A stretch of DNA of 32,000 nucleotides from Acaryochloris marina MBIC11017 (GTDB lineage: Bacteria; Cyanobacteriota; Cyanobacteriia; Thermosynechococcales; Thermosynechococcaceae), in contig NC_009925.1 in NCBI RefSeq assembly GCF_000018105.1, positions 2,640,001-2,672,000 on the forward strand, given 5' to 3'. Below the pieces are notes generated by a model, which did no database searches, was not told the origin of the DNA, and saw only the letters and a list, made by a program, of their open reading frames with translations. Positions 1 to 7,489 of this stretch are shown here, in pieces (the stretch's first letter is position 1; each line of letters opens with the position of its first letter). The position numbers were made by a program, and so were the translations under genes.

Positions 1-195
1 CTGCAAGGGCGCTGTGGTCATGTGGCTTTAGGCTATATGTTCTACGCTGCCTATCTAGGCAAAACCCTATTCCCTACGGTCTTAGATCAAATCCCTGATC
101 CTATTAACCTACGCTTTGGCTTTCTGAGTCTTGCTCTGCTCCTTTTGCTGAGCAGTCAGTTTTTATCCAGCACATCGGCACAAGAGCATGGTTAA
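1..195 (+). CDS. 3' end of an unidentified membrane protein gene (its start lies left of the window)
   Basis: Frame 1 is open from base 1 to TAA at 193-195. The tail GFLSLALLLLLSSQFLSSTSAQEHG is hydrophobic. No family recognised. Confidence 0.3.
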   Translation: MQGRCGHVALGYMFYAAYLGKTLFPTVLDQIPDPINLRFGFLSLALLLLLSSQFLSSTSAQEHG

Positions 196-224
196 GTCTC
201 ATTTCAAACAGCTACACAGAGTCT

Positions 225-590
225 TTATGCTTCGATGATAGTCATGATCGCGATCTCAATTGAAGCCATGATCTCATCAGAGAGATACCCTAACCGACGG
301 ATCAATCTTTGTTGATCAACACCTCGAAGCTGAAGTGCATCGACGGAGGATAGTTTACTCAACCCATTGTCAGCACTTGGCTCTAGCTTCACATGCCAAA
401 TGTTCTTGGCAAAATAAGGTTTCCAATCAGTGACGGGGGCAACCAGTTTGATGGGCAGTTTGCCTACGGCGTCAGAGCTAATCACAATCGCAGGGCGGGT
501 CTTTTTAATCTCTGTACCAAGGGTAGGATCAAAGTTCACTAGCCAGACTTCTCCACGCTTAGGCACTGCGGGATTAGTAGTCAACGACAT
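225..590 (-). CDS. mazF: PemK/MazF-family type II toxin (mRNA interferase)
   Basis: The N-terminus PKRGEVWLVNFDPTLGTEIKKTRPAIVISSD is the typical MazF/PemK signature. About 120 aa. Overlaps the upstream small ORF by 17 nt. The ATG at 590 is preferred over the adjacent GTG at 593. Confidence 0.8.
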   Translation of the reverse strand: MSLTTNPAVPKRGEVWLVNFDPTLGTEIKKTRPAIVISSDAVGKLPIKLVAPVTDWKPYFAKNIWHVKLEPSADNGLSKLSSVDALQLRGVDQQRLIRRLGYLSDEIMASIEIAIMTIIEA

Positions 591-888
591 CACCTGCCAT
601 TAGGTCTTGCCATTCAGAATCTTGCTGATAATGGTCGTATATCATATCTGCCTGTTCTGCCAAGATTCGTCTTCGTTCTGCCAGTGGCTGTTCTAAAAAA
701 TGGCGTCGCTCTTCTAAGGTGAAAGTCGATGCTTCGGTCATCGATTGTTCAGTCTGGCTAAAGGATGAAGACAAAGCTTCTGTAACGCCTTCATTCTGGA
801 GGAGTTCTTGGACGAGGACTTGTAAAAGTAAGAGCTTGTCAGTGTGGGACAGTCTTTTGACGGTGGGGATTAGCTTAGTGATAGTCAT
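574..888 (-). CDS. putative cognate antitoxin of the MazF-like toxin (family not recognised)
   Basis: A 104-aa ORF directly upstream of, and overlapping, the toxin gene. Predicted helical with an acidic/aromatic C-terminus (DSEWQDLMAGDVVDY), as in MazE-type toxin-binding tails. The call rests on position only. Confidence 0.55.
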   Translation of the reverse strand: MTITKLIPTVKRLSHTDKLLLLQVLVQELLQNEGVTEALSSSFSQTEQSMTEASTFTLEERRHFLEQPLAERRRILAEQADMIYDHYQQDSEWQDLMAGDVVDY

Positions 889-898
889 ATTATTTATC

Positions 899-1180
899 TC
901 ACGCTAGAGATTCAACCTGGCGAATACCAATATCATCTAAAATTTTGACGCCAGTGTAGACCTGGTCCAAAGATAGCCCTTTCTTCATCCCTAGCAATTT
1001 GACGATTCCGTACCGCTCTAGATATTTCGTCTCATACCTCAGAAATAAATCAGCCCCAGCCTGCCGATCTTTAACAAATTCAATTCCTTTCTCAAGCAAC
1101 TTCTCAAGGATAGATGCCCCCACTTTCGCAATGGCACCTTGCGTACCTTTTCCCGCAATTTCCCCAATCGGACCGCTCAT
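899..1180 (-). pseudogene. N-terminal remnant (93 codons) of a NACHT/STAND-type NTPase
   Basis: YLERYGIVKLLGMKKGLSLDQVYTGVKILDDIGIRQVESLA resembles the segment that precedes the P-loop in cyanobacterial NACHT NTPases. The ORF ends at TGA 899-901 before any Walker A motif, and none follows downstream. Confidence 0.4.
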
Positions 1181-1241
1181 TTCACAACCTAGTCTTCAGA
1201 AGCTATTGGCCCTAGCCTAGCAGTCATCACCTAAAAACTTC

Positions 1242-1279
1242 TTAGACTTGCCTTAAAATGTACTGTAATACCGTACATT
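1242..1279 (+). promoter_or_regulatory. candidate yefM-yoeB promoter with overlapping operator palindrome
   Basis: TTAGAC (1242-1247), an 18-nt spacer, then TAATAC (1266-1271). Inverted repeat AATGTAC (1257-1263) / GTACATT (1273-1279), about 20 nt upstream of the yefM ATG. Confidence 0.4.
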
Positions 1280-1299
1280 AAATTTTAGCTTGAGTTCCA

Positions 1300-1572
1300 A
1301 TGGACAGTATCAGTGTCAACCAATTCAGAGCAGCGCTCAAAGAATGTGTAGAAAAAGTGATTAGCCAGCACGATCCGCTGAAAGTGACTCGGCGCAATGG
1401 AGCAGACTTTGTAGTGGTCAGCGCTGAGGACTGGGAGCGGGAGCAAGAAACACTGCGTATATTACAAAGTAGTGACTTGATGCAGCAGATTTCTGAGTCT
1501 TTTGCCACTCATCTAAACCAGCAAGGCTACACACCATCCACCGAGGAAATGGATGAGATCTTTAGTCTTTGA
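1300..1572 (+). CDS. yefM: Phd/YefM-family antitoxin
   Basis: ISVNQFRAALKECVEKV...PLKVTRRNGADFVVVSAEDWEREQETLRIL is the classic YefM N-terminal fold signature. Overlaps the yoeB start by 20 nt. Confidence 0.85.
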   Translation: MDSISVNQFRAALKECVEKVISQHDPLKVTRRNGADFVVVSAEDWEREQETLRILQSSDLMQQISESFATHLNQQGYTPSTEEMDEIFSL

Positions 1573-1825
1573 AGGTAATACCTGGAGCGCCTATGAAAAG
1601 TTGAGAGAGAAAGACAAGAAACTGCATCGGAATCTTTGTAAGATCCTCAAAGAGATGCTGCGAGGAGATCCTAGCTCAGGACTCGGCAAGCCAGAACTTC
1701 TAAAACATAATCTTTCTGGTTTGTGGTCTCGAAGGATATCGCAAAAAGATAGACTCGTCTATCGATTTGATGATAACTACATCTACATCTTCGCCATCGG
1801 TGGTCATTATGACCAAATCACCTAG
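1553..1825 (+). CDS. yoeB: YoeB/Txe-family toxin (ribosome-dependent mRNA endonuclease)
   Basis: GLGKPELLKHNLSGLWSRRISQKDRLVYRF...IFAIGGHYD closely matches the remembered E. coli YoeB motif GKGKPEPLKHNLSGFWSRRI...HRLVY...RYHY. Confidence 0.9.
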   Translation: MRSLVFEGNTWSAYEKLREKDKKLHRNLCKILKEMLRGDPSSGLGKPELLKHNLSGLWSRRISQKDRLVYRFDDNYIYIFAIGGHYDQIT

Positions 1826-1872
1826 AGCTAGCACATTCCATAATCGGACTGCCATGTACGATAAAAAACACA

Positions 1873-2673
1873 CTACCAATGGTCTTCTTGATATCGAGAC
1901 ACTCGATCAGCTATCCGTTTCACATCAGATAAATAAAAGCGACTCCAGTTAAAACAGTTGCACTCAATAATCCGCCATTGTCGATCAACCCGCCCCACAT
2001 CCAGGACAAAGACATCAGCCGGTGTCCAGATTGCAACATACTGAGCTGCAAAATCTAGAAGCTCTTGCGGTAGCAAAGCTTCTGCAGTAGGGCGATACAT
2101 TGACCCTGTAATTACCTCACCATTGACGATAAAAAGTCGCCATTCTGCATCCACTTCATACCGTTGTCCGACCACAACCTTGTCTGATTGGCGATGAGAG
2201 ACATCTAGCAATTTTCGATGCATTCGCCGAATGTCTTCATAGTCAGCAACACAGCCCGTAAATGCCTTGAGATCATCAGGGGGCTTGATAAAGAAAGCAG
2301 CAGATGCATCAGCCGCCATTTTCAATAATGATGACCAGTCCATCACCTGGGCATCGTAATTGAGATAGGCATGACCAAAGCCTTGGGTATAGGCATCATG
2401 CGTAAAATTCTGAGAATCGTAGAAGACGCCTTTTTGAACCCGCGCATCTTCCCTGGCACAGAGAATCAGCGTTGTGACACCGTGAAAGACAAGGGGTGGA
2501 TCAACCTCAGACATCTTTGGTAAATGCTTCTGTCCTGGTTGGACCGTGACTGGGTAAAAAGGCTGCTCCAATTGTTCGCAAGCCGCTTGCAAGAGCAATG
2601 CAGAATTAGATTTAGGAATATTGGATTGTACAACCCAAGTTGTTTTCTCCATGACTCCAGTGCTAACAGGCAA
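1873..2673 (-). CDS. small stand-alone ATP-grasp protein (RimK-like R2K clade / DUF4343-like)
   Basis: The C-terminal half EVDAEWRLFIVNGEVITGSMYRP...FVLDVGRVDRQWRIIECNCFNWSRFY matches the remembered ATP-grasp core (EWR-FVV-G-VV, then a nucleotide/Mg-binding E-N pair). The start codon is uncertain (2673 or the Met 7 codons in). Confidence 0.55.
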   Translation of the reverse strand: MPVSTGVMEKTTWVVQSNIPKSNSALLLQAACEQLEQPFYPVTVQPGQKHLPKMSEVDPPLVFHGVTTLILCAREDARVQKGVFYDSQNFTHDAYTQGFGHAYLNYDAQVMDWSSLLKMAADASAAFFIKPPDDLKAFTGCVADYEDIRRMHRKLLDVSHRQSDKVVVGQRYEVDAEWRLFIVNGEVITGSMYRPTAEALLPQELLDFAAQYVAIWTPADVFVLDVGRVDRQWRIIECNCFNWSRFYLSDVKRIADRVSRYQEDHW

Positions 2674-2756
2674 GATAAGGCATGAAATGATCTAATAGCA
2701 CTCTGTGCAAGTCCACAAGCAGTCCTTAGCTTAGCCATATTGCCAAAGTTAAACTA

Positions 2757-3548
2757 CTATTTCTGAGCAACAACGCCTACCGTCGCATAGTAAATGGCCC
2801 ACGTATTTGGGTCTTCTGCGAATCGGCCATAATGATCGATATCCGCCTGGGTAACTGCCCCCGTTGCAAGATATTTCTCTGCCAATTGCATCGTAGACAT
2901 ATGCATCATAGTCGCTATGCCTGAACCCCCTTGAGAGAGATGAGTATCAACCTCAACCGAGAATGACTGTAAATCATAGGATTGTAGTAGAGCAGGTAAC
3001 TTAGCTCCAAGGCCATAATCCATCCCCCTCGCCGTAAACATCTGCTCAATCGCCCGGTTGACATTATTAACAGACTGACAAGCAGAGTCCTCACCTGCAA
3101 TCGCCCGAGCAGCCGCAAAGTCAGGTTCTTCTAGGACGATCCATCCCCCCGGTTTCACCAACTCCAACAGCTTCGATAGGAATGCATGAGCATCAGGATT
3201 ATGAATCAAAACATAGCGGGCATGAACCAAATCAAAGGATTGTTTATCCAAAGGAAGGTGCTGGATATCGCCTTCCACAACCTCAACATTTCCGGCTTCC
3301 AGGTTAGCCACAAATCGCGTATCAAGATCAACGGCAACCACCTGGCCCTTCTCCCCAACCATGCCTGCCATCCATTGCGTGATCGATCCTGCTCCAGCTC
3401 CAACTTCTAAGCATCGCCAGTTTGTGTTTATCCCTGTCGATTTCAGCCGTTGATGACTGGTTGGATCAAAGATTTTTTCAATGGCCTGGAGGCGTTTCAG
3501 TTCCTGAGCATATTGAGTCTCAGTGAAAATGTATTTAGCAGTCGACAT
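2757..3548 (-). CDS. class I SAM-dependent methyltransferase
   Basis: Motif I is LEVGAGAGS, followed by VVAVDLD (acidic loop) and LVKPGGWIVLEEP (motif III/IV region). SD GGAGA lies 6 nt before the ATG. Confidence 0.8.
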   Translation of the reverse strand: MSTAKYIFTETQYAQELKRLQAIEKIFDPTSHQRLKSTGINTNWRCLEVGAGAGSITQWMAGMVGEKGQVVAVDLDTRFVANLEAGNVEVVEGDIQHLPLDKQSFDLVHARYVLIHNPDAHAFLSKLLELVKPGGWIVLEEPDFAAARAIAGEDSACQSVNNVNRAIEQMFTARGMDYGLGAKLPALLQSYDLQSFSVEVDTHLSQGGSGIATMMHMSTMQLAEKYLATGAVTQADIDHYGRFAEDPNTWAIYYATVGVVAQK

Positions 3549-4002
3549 TTCTTTCTCCGCTCAGCCATCTAGTCCTGGGCAAACCATATATCTAATGAGA
3601 GCAATCCCATAAACCGTTATCCCTCGCTCCCATCAGTACATAGCAAAGATCTAGCTCAGCACAATACCTCAATATATCTATTGCTACATCCCCCAAATAG
3701 CCTAACCGACCTCTAGCCTGAGCAGCAGAGGCTAACCACAAGCTCAAGCATTCACAACAGCGCAGGCTATTGCAAAAGACCCACCTCTTGACCAATTAAT
3801 AGTAATTATGTACTATAAACTTCAGGATTGGTGTGTAGCCTACTACCTTTACTCAGATCTGGCATCACTCACAACAAAGCGCCCACTTTTCACTCCTACT
3901 AGGTGGGTTTAGAATCATCCCATCATCACTCCGTTTGCAAAATCCATCTCCTGTTTTCCTGCCCAATCCGTCGATTAGGCTATCGCTATTTAAGGAACTT
4001 CT

Positions 4003-4701
4003 ATGCTGACGCTTTACCAGTTTGAGCCTGCCTGGGGGCTACCCAATGCCAGCCCATTTTGCATGAAGCTAGAAACCTATTTTCGGATGACTGGCCTGGA
4101 GTATCAGGTCGATACCAGCGCTGATGTGCGTAAAGCGCCCAAAGGCAAGCTCCCTTATATCGAAGATAAGGGCCAGATTATTGCTGACTCTAATCTGATC
4201 ATCGAATACCTAAAAACCACCTATGGCGATCCGTTGGATAGCCATTTAAGTCCTGCTGATGCTGCCATTGCCCTCGCCATGCGACGGTTAATTGAAGAAA
4301 ACCTCTACTGGGCGCTGGTCTATACCCGCTGGATTGACGAAGAGAATTGGCAGAAGACTAAAGCCGTCTATTTCTCCGATTTACCCTTTCCACTTCGCCT
4401 CCTAGTGCCCAAGATTGCCCGCAATACCGTTACCCAGAATTTGCAGGGGCATGGCATGGGCAGGCACACCGAAGCGGAAATTTACCAGATCGCGGCCTTG
4501 GACATTCAAGCCCTTTCAAATTTTCTGCAAGACAAACCCTATTTTATGGGTGAGCAACCCACGGCGCTAGATGCCTCTGCCTATAGCTGTCTCGCTAATA
4601 TTTTGAATGAAACCCTGATATCCCCTTTAAGAGATAAAGCGACTCAATTGGAGAACTTGGTAACGTATTGCGATCGCATGCATCAAACCTACTACGCTTA
4701 A
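4003..4701 (+). CDS. glutathione S-transferase family protein (metaxin/FAXC-like subgroup)
   Basis: The N-terminus LYQFEPAWGLPNASPFCMKLETYFRMTGLEY...KGKLPYIED is a thioredoxin-like GST N-domain, followed by a helical C-domain. SD AGGA lies 7 nt upstream. Confidence 0.7.
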   Translation: MLTLYQFEPAWGLPNASPFCMKLETYFRMTGLEYQVDTSADVRKAPKGKLPYIEDKGQIIADSNLIIEYLKTTYGDPLDSHLSPADAAIALAMRRLIEENLYWALVYTRWIDEENWQKTKAVYFSDLPFPLRLLVPKIARNTVTQNLQGHGMGRHTEAEIYQIAALDIQALSNFLQDKPYFMGEQPTALDASAYSCLANILNETLISPLRDKATQLENLVTYCDRMHQTYYA

Positions 4702-4772
4702 AATTTCCAGAACACACCTCCTCACCCAAGCACTAAACCCAAAAATGTAGCAATATTCAGGCATTAAAGACT

Positions 4773-5708
4773 ATGGCCCGGTCCCGTCAATTAGAAGAGC
4801 ACCAACTTCTCCTCGCTGAATTGCGAGAGTCTCCCCTAACCCCCGACACCGTAGAACAATGGCGTCAGATCCTACACGATACTCATGCCTCAACCATTAC
4901 CCAAGCCGCTAAAATTTTGGGCCAACGGGGGCTCACGGATCTCAACTCAGACCTAGCAGAGACCTTCGCCCGGTTAATGCAAAAACCCGTTAAACGTGAT
5001 CCCAACTGTCTAGCCAAAGCCGCTATTGCCGACACCCTCTATCGCCTAGAATCCCATAATCACACCCTCTTCCTCCAAGGGATTCGGCATGTCCAGATAG
5101 AGCCCGTCTGGGGCGGATCTGTAGACACTGCAGCCACCTTACGGGGCAACTGTGCCCTAGGGCTGGTACGAATGCATTATCCCAATGTAATGACCGAGCT
5201 AGCCGATTTACTCGCCGATCCAGAAGGGCCAGCCCGGATGGTCGCGGCCAGAGCCATTGCCTATACCGAAGACCCTCAAGGGATTCCTCTACTACGACTA
5301 CGGGCAAAAATAGGCGATGAACCGCAAGTCTTATCGGAATATTTAGCGGCTCTACTAAAGTTGGCTCCCCAACAATCCATTCCCTTCGTATCCGAATTCT
5401 TAAGGGATACGAATCAGCAGATTCAAGAATTAGTAGCCCTGGTTTTAGGCGAGTCCAAACAGCCAGCAGCACTAGACCCTCTACAACATTGGTGGCAAGG
5501 AATCCAAGATCCTGAACTGCGCATCACCGGACTTCTGGCAATTGCCATGCTTAGAACCGACGAAGCGTTTCAGTTTTTGCTAGGGCTGGTGGCAGATGGC
5601 AGTGACAAAACAGCCCAAGAAGCAATCCAAGCCCTAGAAATTTATCGACAAGATTATGACCTCTGGCAACGGGTCTGTGAGGTACGAGACAATCGCCATC
5701 AGAGTTAA
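4773..5708 (+). CDS. HEAT-repeat (PBS-lyase-like repeat) protein, function unknown
   Basis: All-helical. Repeated ...DP..R..AA.A......A...L..L.D units, for example LLADPEGPARMVAARAIAYTEDPQGIPLL and IQDPELRITGLLAIAML. Confidence 0.5.
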   Translation: MARSRQLEEHQLLLAELRESPLTPDTVEQWRQILHDTHASTITQAAKILGQRGLTDLNSDLAETFARLMQKPVKRDPNCLAKAAIADTLYRLESHNHTLFLQGIRHVQIEPVWGGSVDTAATLRGNCALGLVRMHYPNVMTELADLLADPEGPARMVAARAIAYTEDPQGIPLLRLRAKIGDEPQVLSEYLAALLKLAPQQSIPFVSEFLRDTNQQIQELVALVLGESKQPAALDPLQHWWQGIQDPELRITGLLAIAMLRTDEAFQFLLGLVADGSDKTAQEAIQALEIYRQDYDLWQRVCEVRDNRHQS

Positions 5709-5835
5709 GAAAGACACAGCTGTGCTTGCACAACATTCCGGCAATATTTCAAACACCAAAATCATCAAGCCTGATATCGCAGCAAACCAAGCCATCCTCA
5801 GCCATGAAGCCGATCTTCATCTGACGCTTTTCTAC

Positions 5836-5872
5836 GGCAATGGGCTTGCATGAAATACACAAGCCCATTGCC
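5836..5872. terminator. perfect 13-bp stem-loop between convergent genes (putative terminator, no U-tract)
   Basis: GGCAATGGGCTTG (5836-5848), an 11-nt loop, then CAAGCCCATTGCC (5860-5872). Lies between the stops at 5708 (+) and 5897 (-). Confidence 0.4.
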
Positions 5873-5896
5873 TCAATCACAACTCTAAGCAGTTAC

Positions 5897-6541
5897 CTAG
5901 CTAGCACAGAGGGGAAGCTTGAACTTCTCAACGCCCTTCAGATCAAAGTGAATTGAGTAGCAATAGAGAATCTTGAAGCAATAGTCTCCTTCCTTAGCGC
6001 CACAGCTCACTAAAACAAGTTCCCGTGATAGGCAAGATTGCTTGTCCGGTTTATGAGGATCGCAAGGGGGCAAATCACCAAAACAAACAAACTTAGCGGG
6101 TTTAATGTAAACAGAAGGTGTGCCATCAGGCAACTCCGGTACCGGTGTTCCGTCTGCTTTGGTCACAACAGAAATAACGACCGTTAAATCTTTGAAGGTC
6201 ACATTTGAATACGGATTACAAGCTGTAATGCATAGACACTCCGTATCTGTGGTTTCAATCATGTCCTTGGGTCCATCACCCCAGTGGATTTGGAAACAGG
6301 GTGCCAATTCTGGGATGTCTGCAGGTTTGCAAACTTTCGCTTTGGGATCTTTAGCGTGTGGATGGGGATGGCCCGCATCAATAATAAATTCTTTTGCTTC
6401 ACACTCTTTATCGAGTAGCCGATCAGCAAAATCCTCGGCAAGTTTGCAGATTTTGGGATCTTTACTTTGCGGAAAGTCTGCAACAAAGTCTGAAAGGCTA
6501 GTTGTTTTAGTAGTTGTGGGGTTGGTGGCTGGATTAACCAT
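5897..6541 (-). CDS. orphan cysteine-rich protein (14 Cys in 214 aa), no recognisable family
   Basis: The ORF is open to 6637, but Met33 (ATG at 6541-6539) is preceded by AAGGAG (6556-6551) at a 9-nt spacing. No signal peptide. Contains a GHPHPH motif. Confidence 0.55.
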   Translation of the reverse strand: MVNPATNPTTTKTTSLSDFVADFPQSKDPKICKLAEDFADRLLDKECEAKEFIIDAGHPHPHAKDPKAKVCKPADIPELAPCFQIHWGDGPKDMIETTDTECLCITACNPYSNVTFKDLTVVISVVTKADGTPVPELPDGTPSVYIKPAKFVCFGDLPPCDPHKPDKQSCLSRELVLVSCGAKEGDYCFKILYCYSIHFDLKGVEKFKLPLCAS

Positions 6542-7489
6542 ATTTTGTGTCTCCTTGTTAGTGAATTCATGAGTCACTGGCTTGTCAATAAACCAGGACT
6601 TAAGTTGTTGACATAATTGGCTAAGAAAATTGTTCATTTCTGCAGTAGCCTCTGTTCCGAATGACTATAAAAATCTGCTTCGGCAGAGAAAATGCCTGAA
6701 GATTTTTCTGAACTACTCAATGGTTATAGCAGTCCCAATCTCAAGCAATATTGACTGACTGAGAACACACTAGTAAGTGTGCTAATCTATTCTTTACTAT
6801 GTCTATAGCAGTGAGTGGATTGCACCTTGATATCGAGACAAAAACCGATCAATAATCAGTACTAAGTTTCTCTCGAATCATCTATTTCTTAGGCTGAGAC
6901 GCTTGATAAAAGAGAGTCTCTAAATTCCTCAAAAATCAACGCAAACCCATACTGATCAGTAGTTTTATAGATAGTTCTTAAACAGCTTTACCTCTATCAA
7001 CCAGTGCAAAAGAGTCGCTAAATCAACCTAACCTTGTTGAATAAGGCTAACGTCATGCAATACTTTAGTTATTTTTTGAGAATCTAGTATCTCAACTAGA
7101 GTCATCTTTTCTCAATTAACCAAACTAGTTAGAAATCTGCATTAGCGCTAATTTTTTAGAACTATATTTATTTATCATTTTTTATGTTTAACTTTACGCA
7201 AAAAGCAACATATGCTTAACATTTTTTAAGAATTTTTTATACGGATGAAATGATAATCAATCAAAAAATCAATGGATATTTTTATACTTAAATCACGATT
7301 TTCCATCAGAAATTCAGTCAATTTTTTCTGGCTTTGACTTTAAATAAAACACTTAACATGCATGCTGTAAGTAGCTTTTCTAAAGATACTGAATATAAAT
7401 TTTGAGCATTCCTGAATATCTGAGTCAGGCTGCATCGATACTCTAGATCAACCTGTACAATAGGGACTTGTGCGATTGGTATAGAGTAC

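Noticed and set aside
2466-2738. 90-aa ORF overlapping the ATP-grasp 5' end in another frame. The ORFs at 2915..3118, 3186..3410 and 3206..3403 inside the methyltransferase are similar.
   Set aside because: They are alternative-frame overlaps of better-supported genes.
1873-3548. Methyltransferase + ATP-grasp as a mycosporine-like amino acid (mysB/mysC) cluster.
   Set aside because: No sugar-phosphate cyclase (DDGS/EVS) or MysD/NRPS gene is adjacent. The ATP-grasp is about 266 aa, not the roughly 450 aa of MysC. The methyltransferase does not look like the caffeoyl-CoA OMT type.
3592-3795. 67-aa ORF in the methyltransferase/GST divergent intergenic region. The ORF at 15867..16067 between valS and rbp is similar.
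   Set aside because: These have no SD and Cys/Arg-rich odd composition, and they lie in divergent promoter regions. They are treated as non-coding.
6120-6572. 150-aa ORF on the + strand opposite the Cys-rich gene.
   Set aside because: It has no SD, and its translation is Ser/Leu/Val-rich low complexity. The minus-strand frame has a good SD at a proper spacing and a more protein-like composition. Without homology data, some doubt remains.
6669-6707. AT-rich interrupted hairpin (AAAATCT...GGCA-7nt-TGCC...AGATTTT) upstream of the Cys-rich gene, considered as a leader attenuator or riboswitch terminator.
   Set aside because: The stem is mostly A-T with two bulges, and the T-run is largely inside the stem. 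This is too weak to call.
7152-7327. Possible helical phasing of the T6 tracts (intrinsic bend).
   Set aside because: The spacings I measured (26, 44, 11, 46, 43 nt) are only partly near multiples of 10.5, so phasing is not demonstrated by eye.
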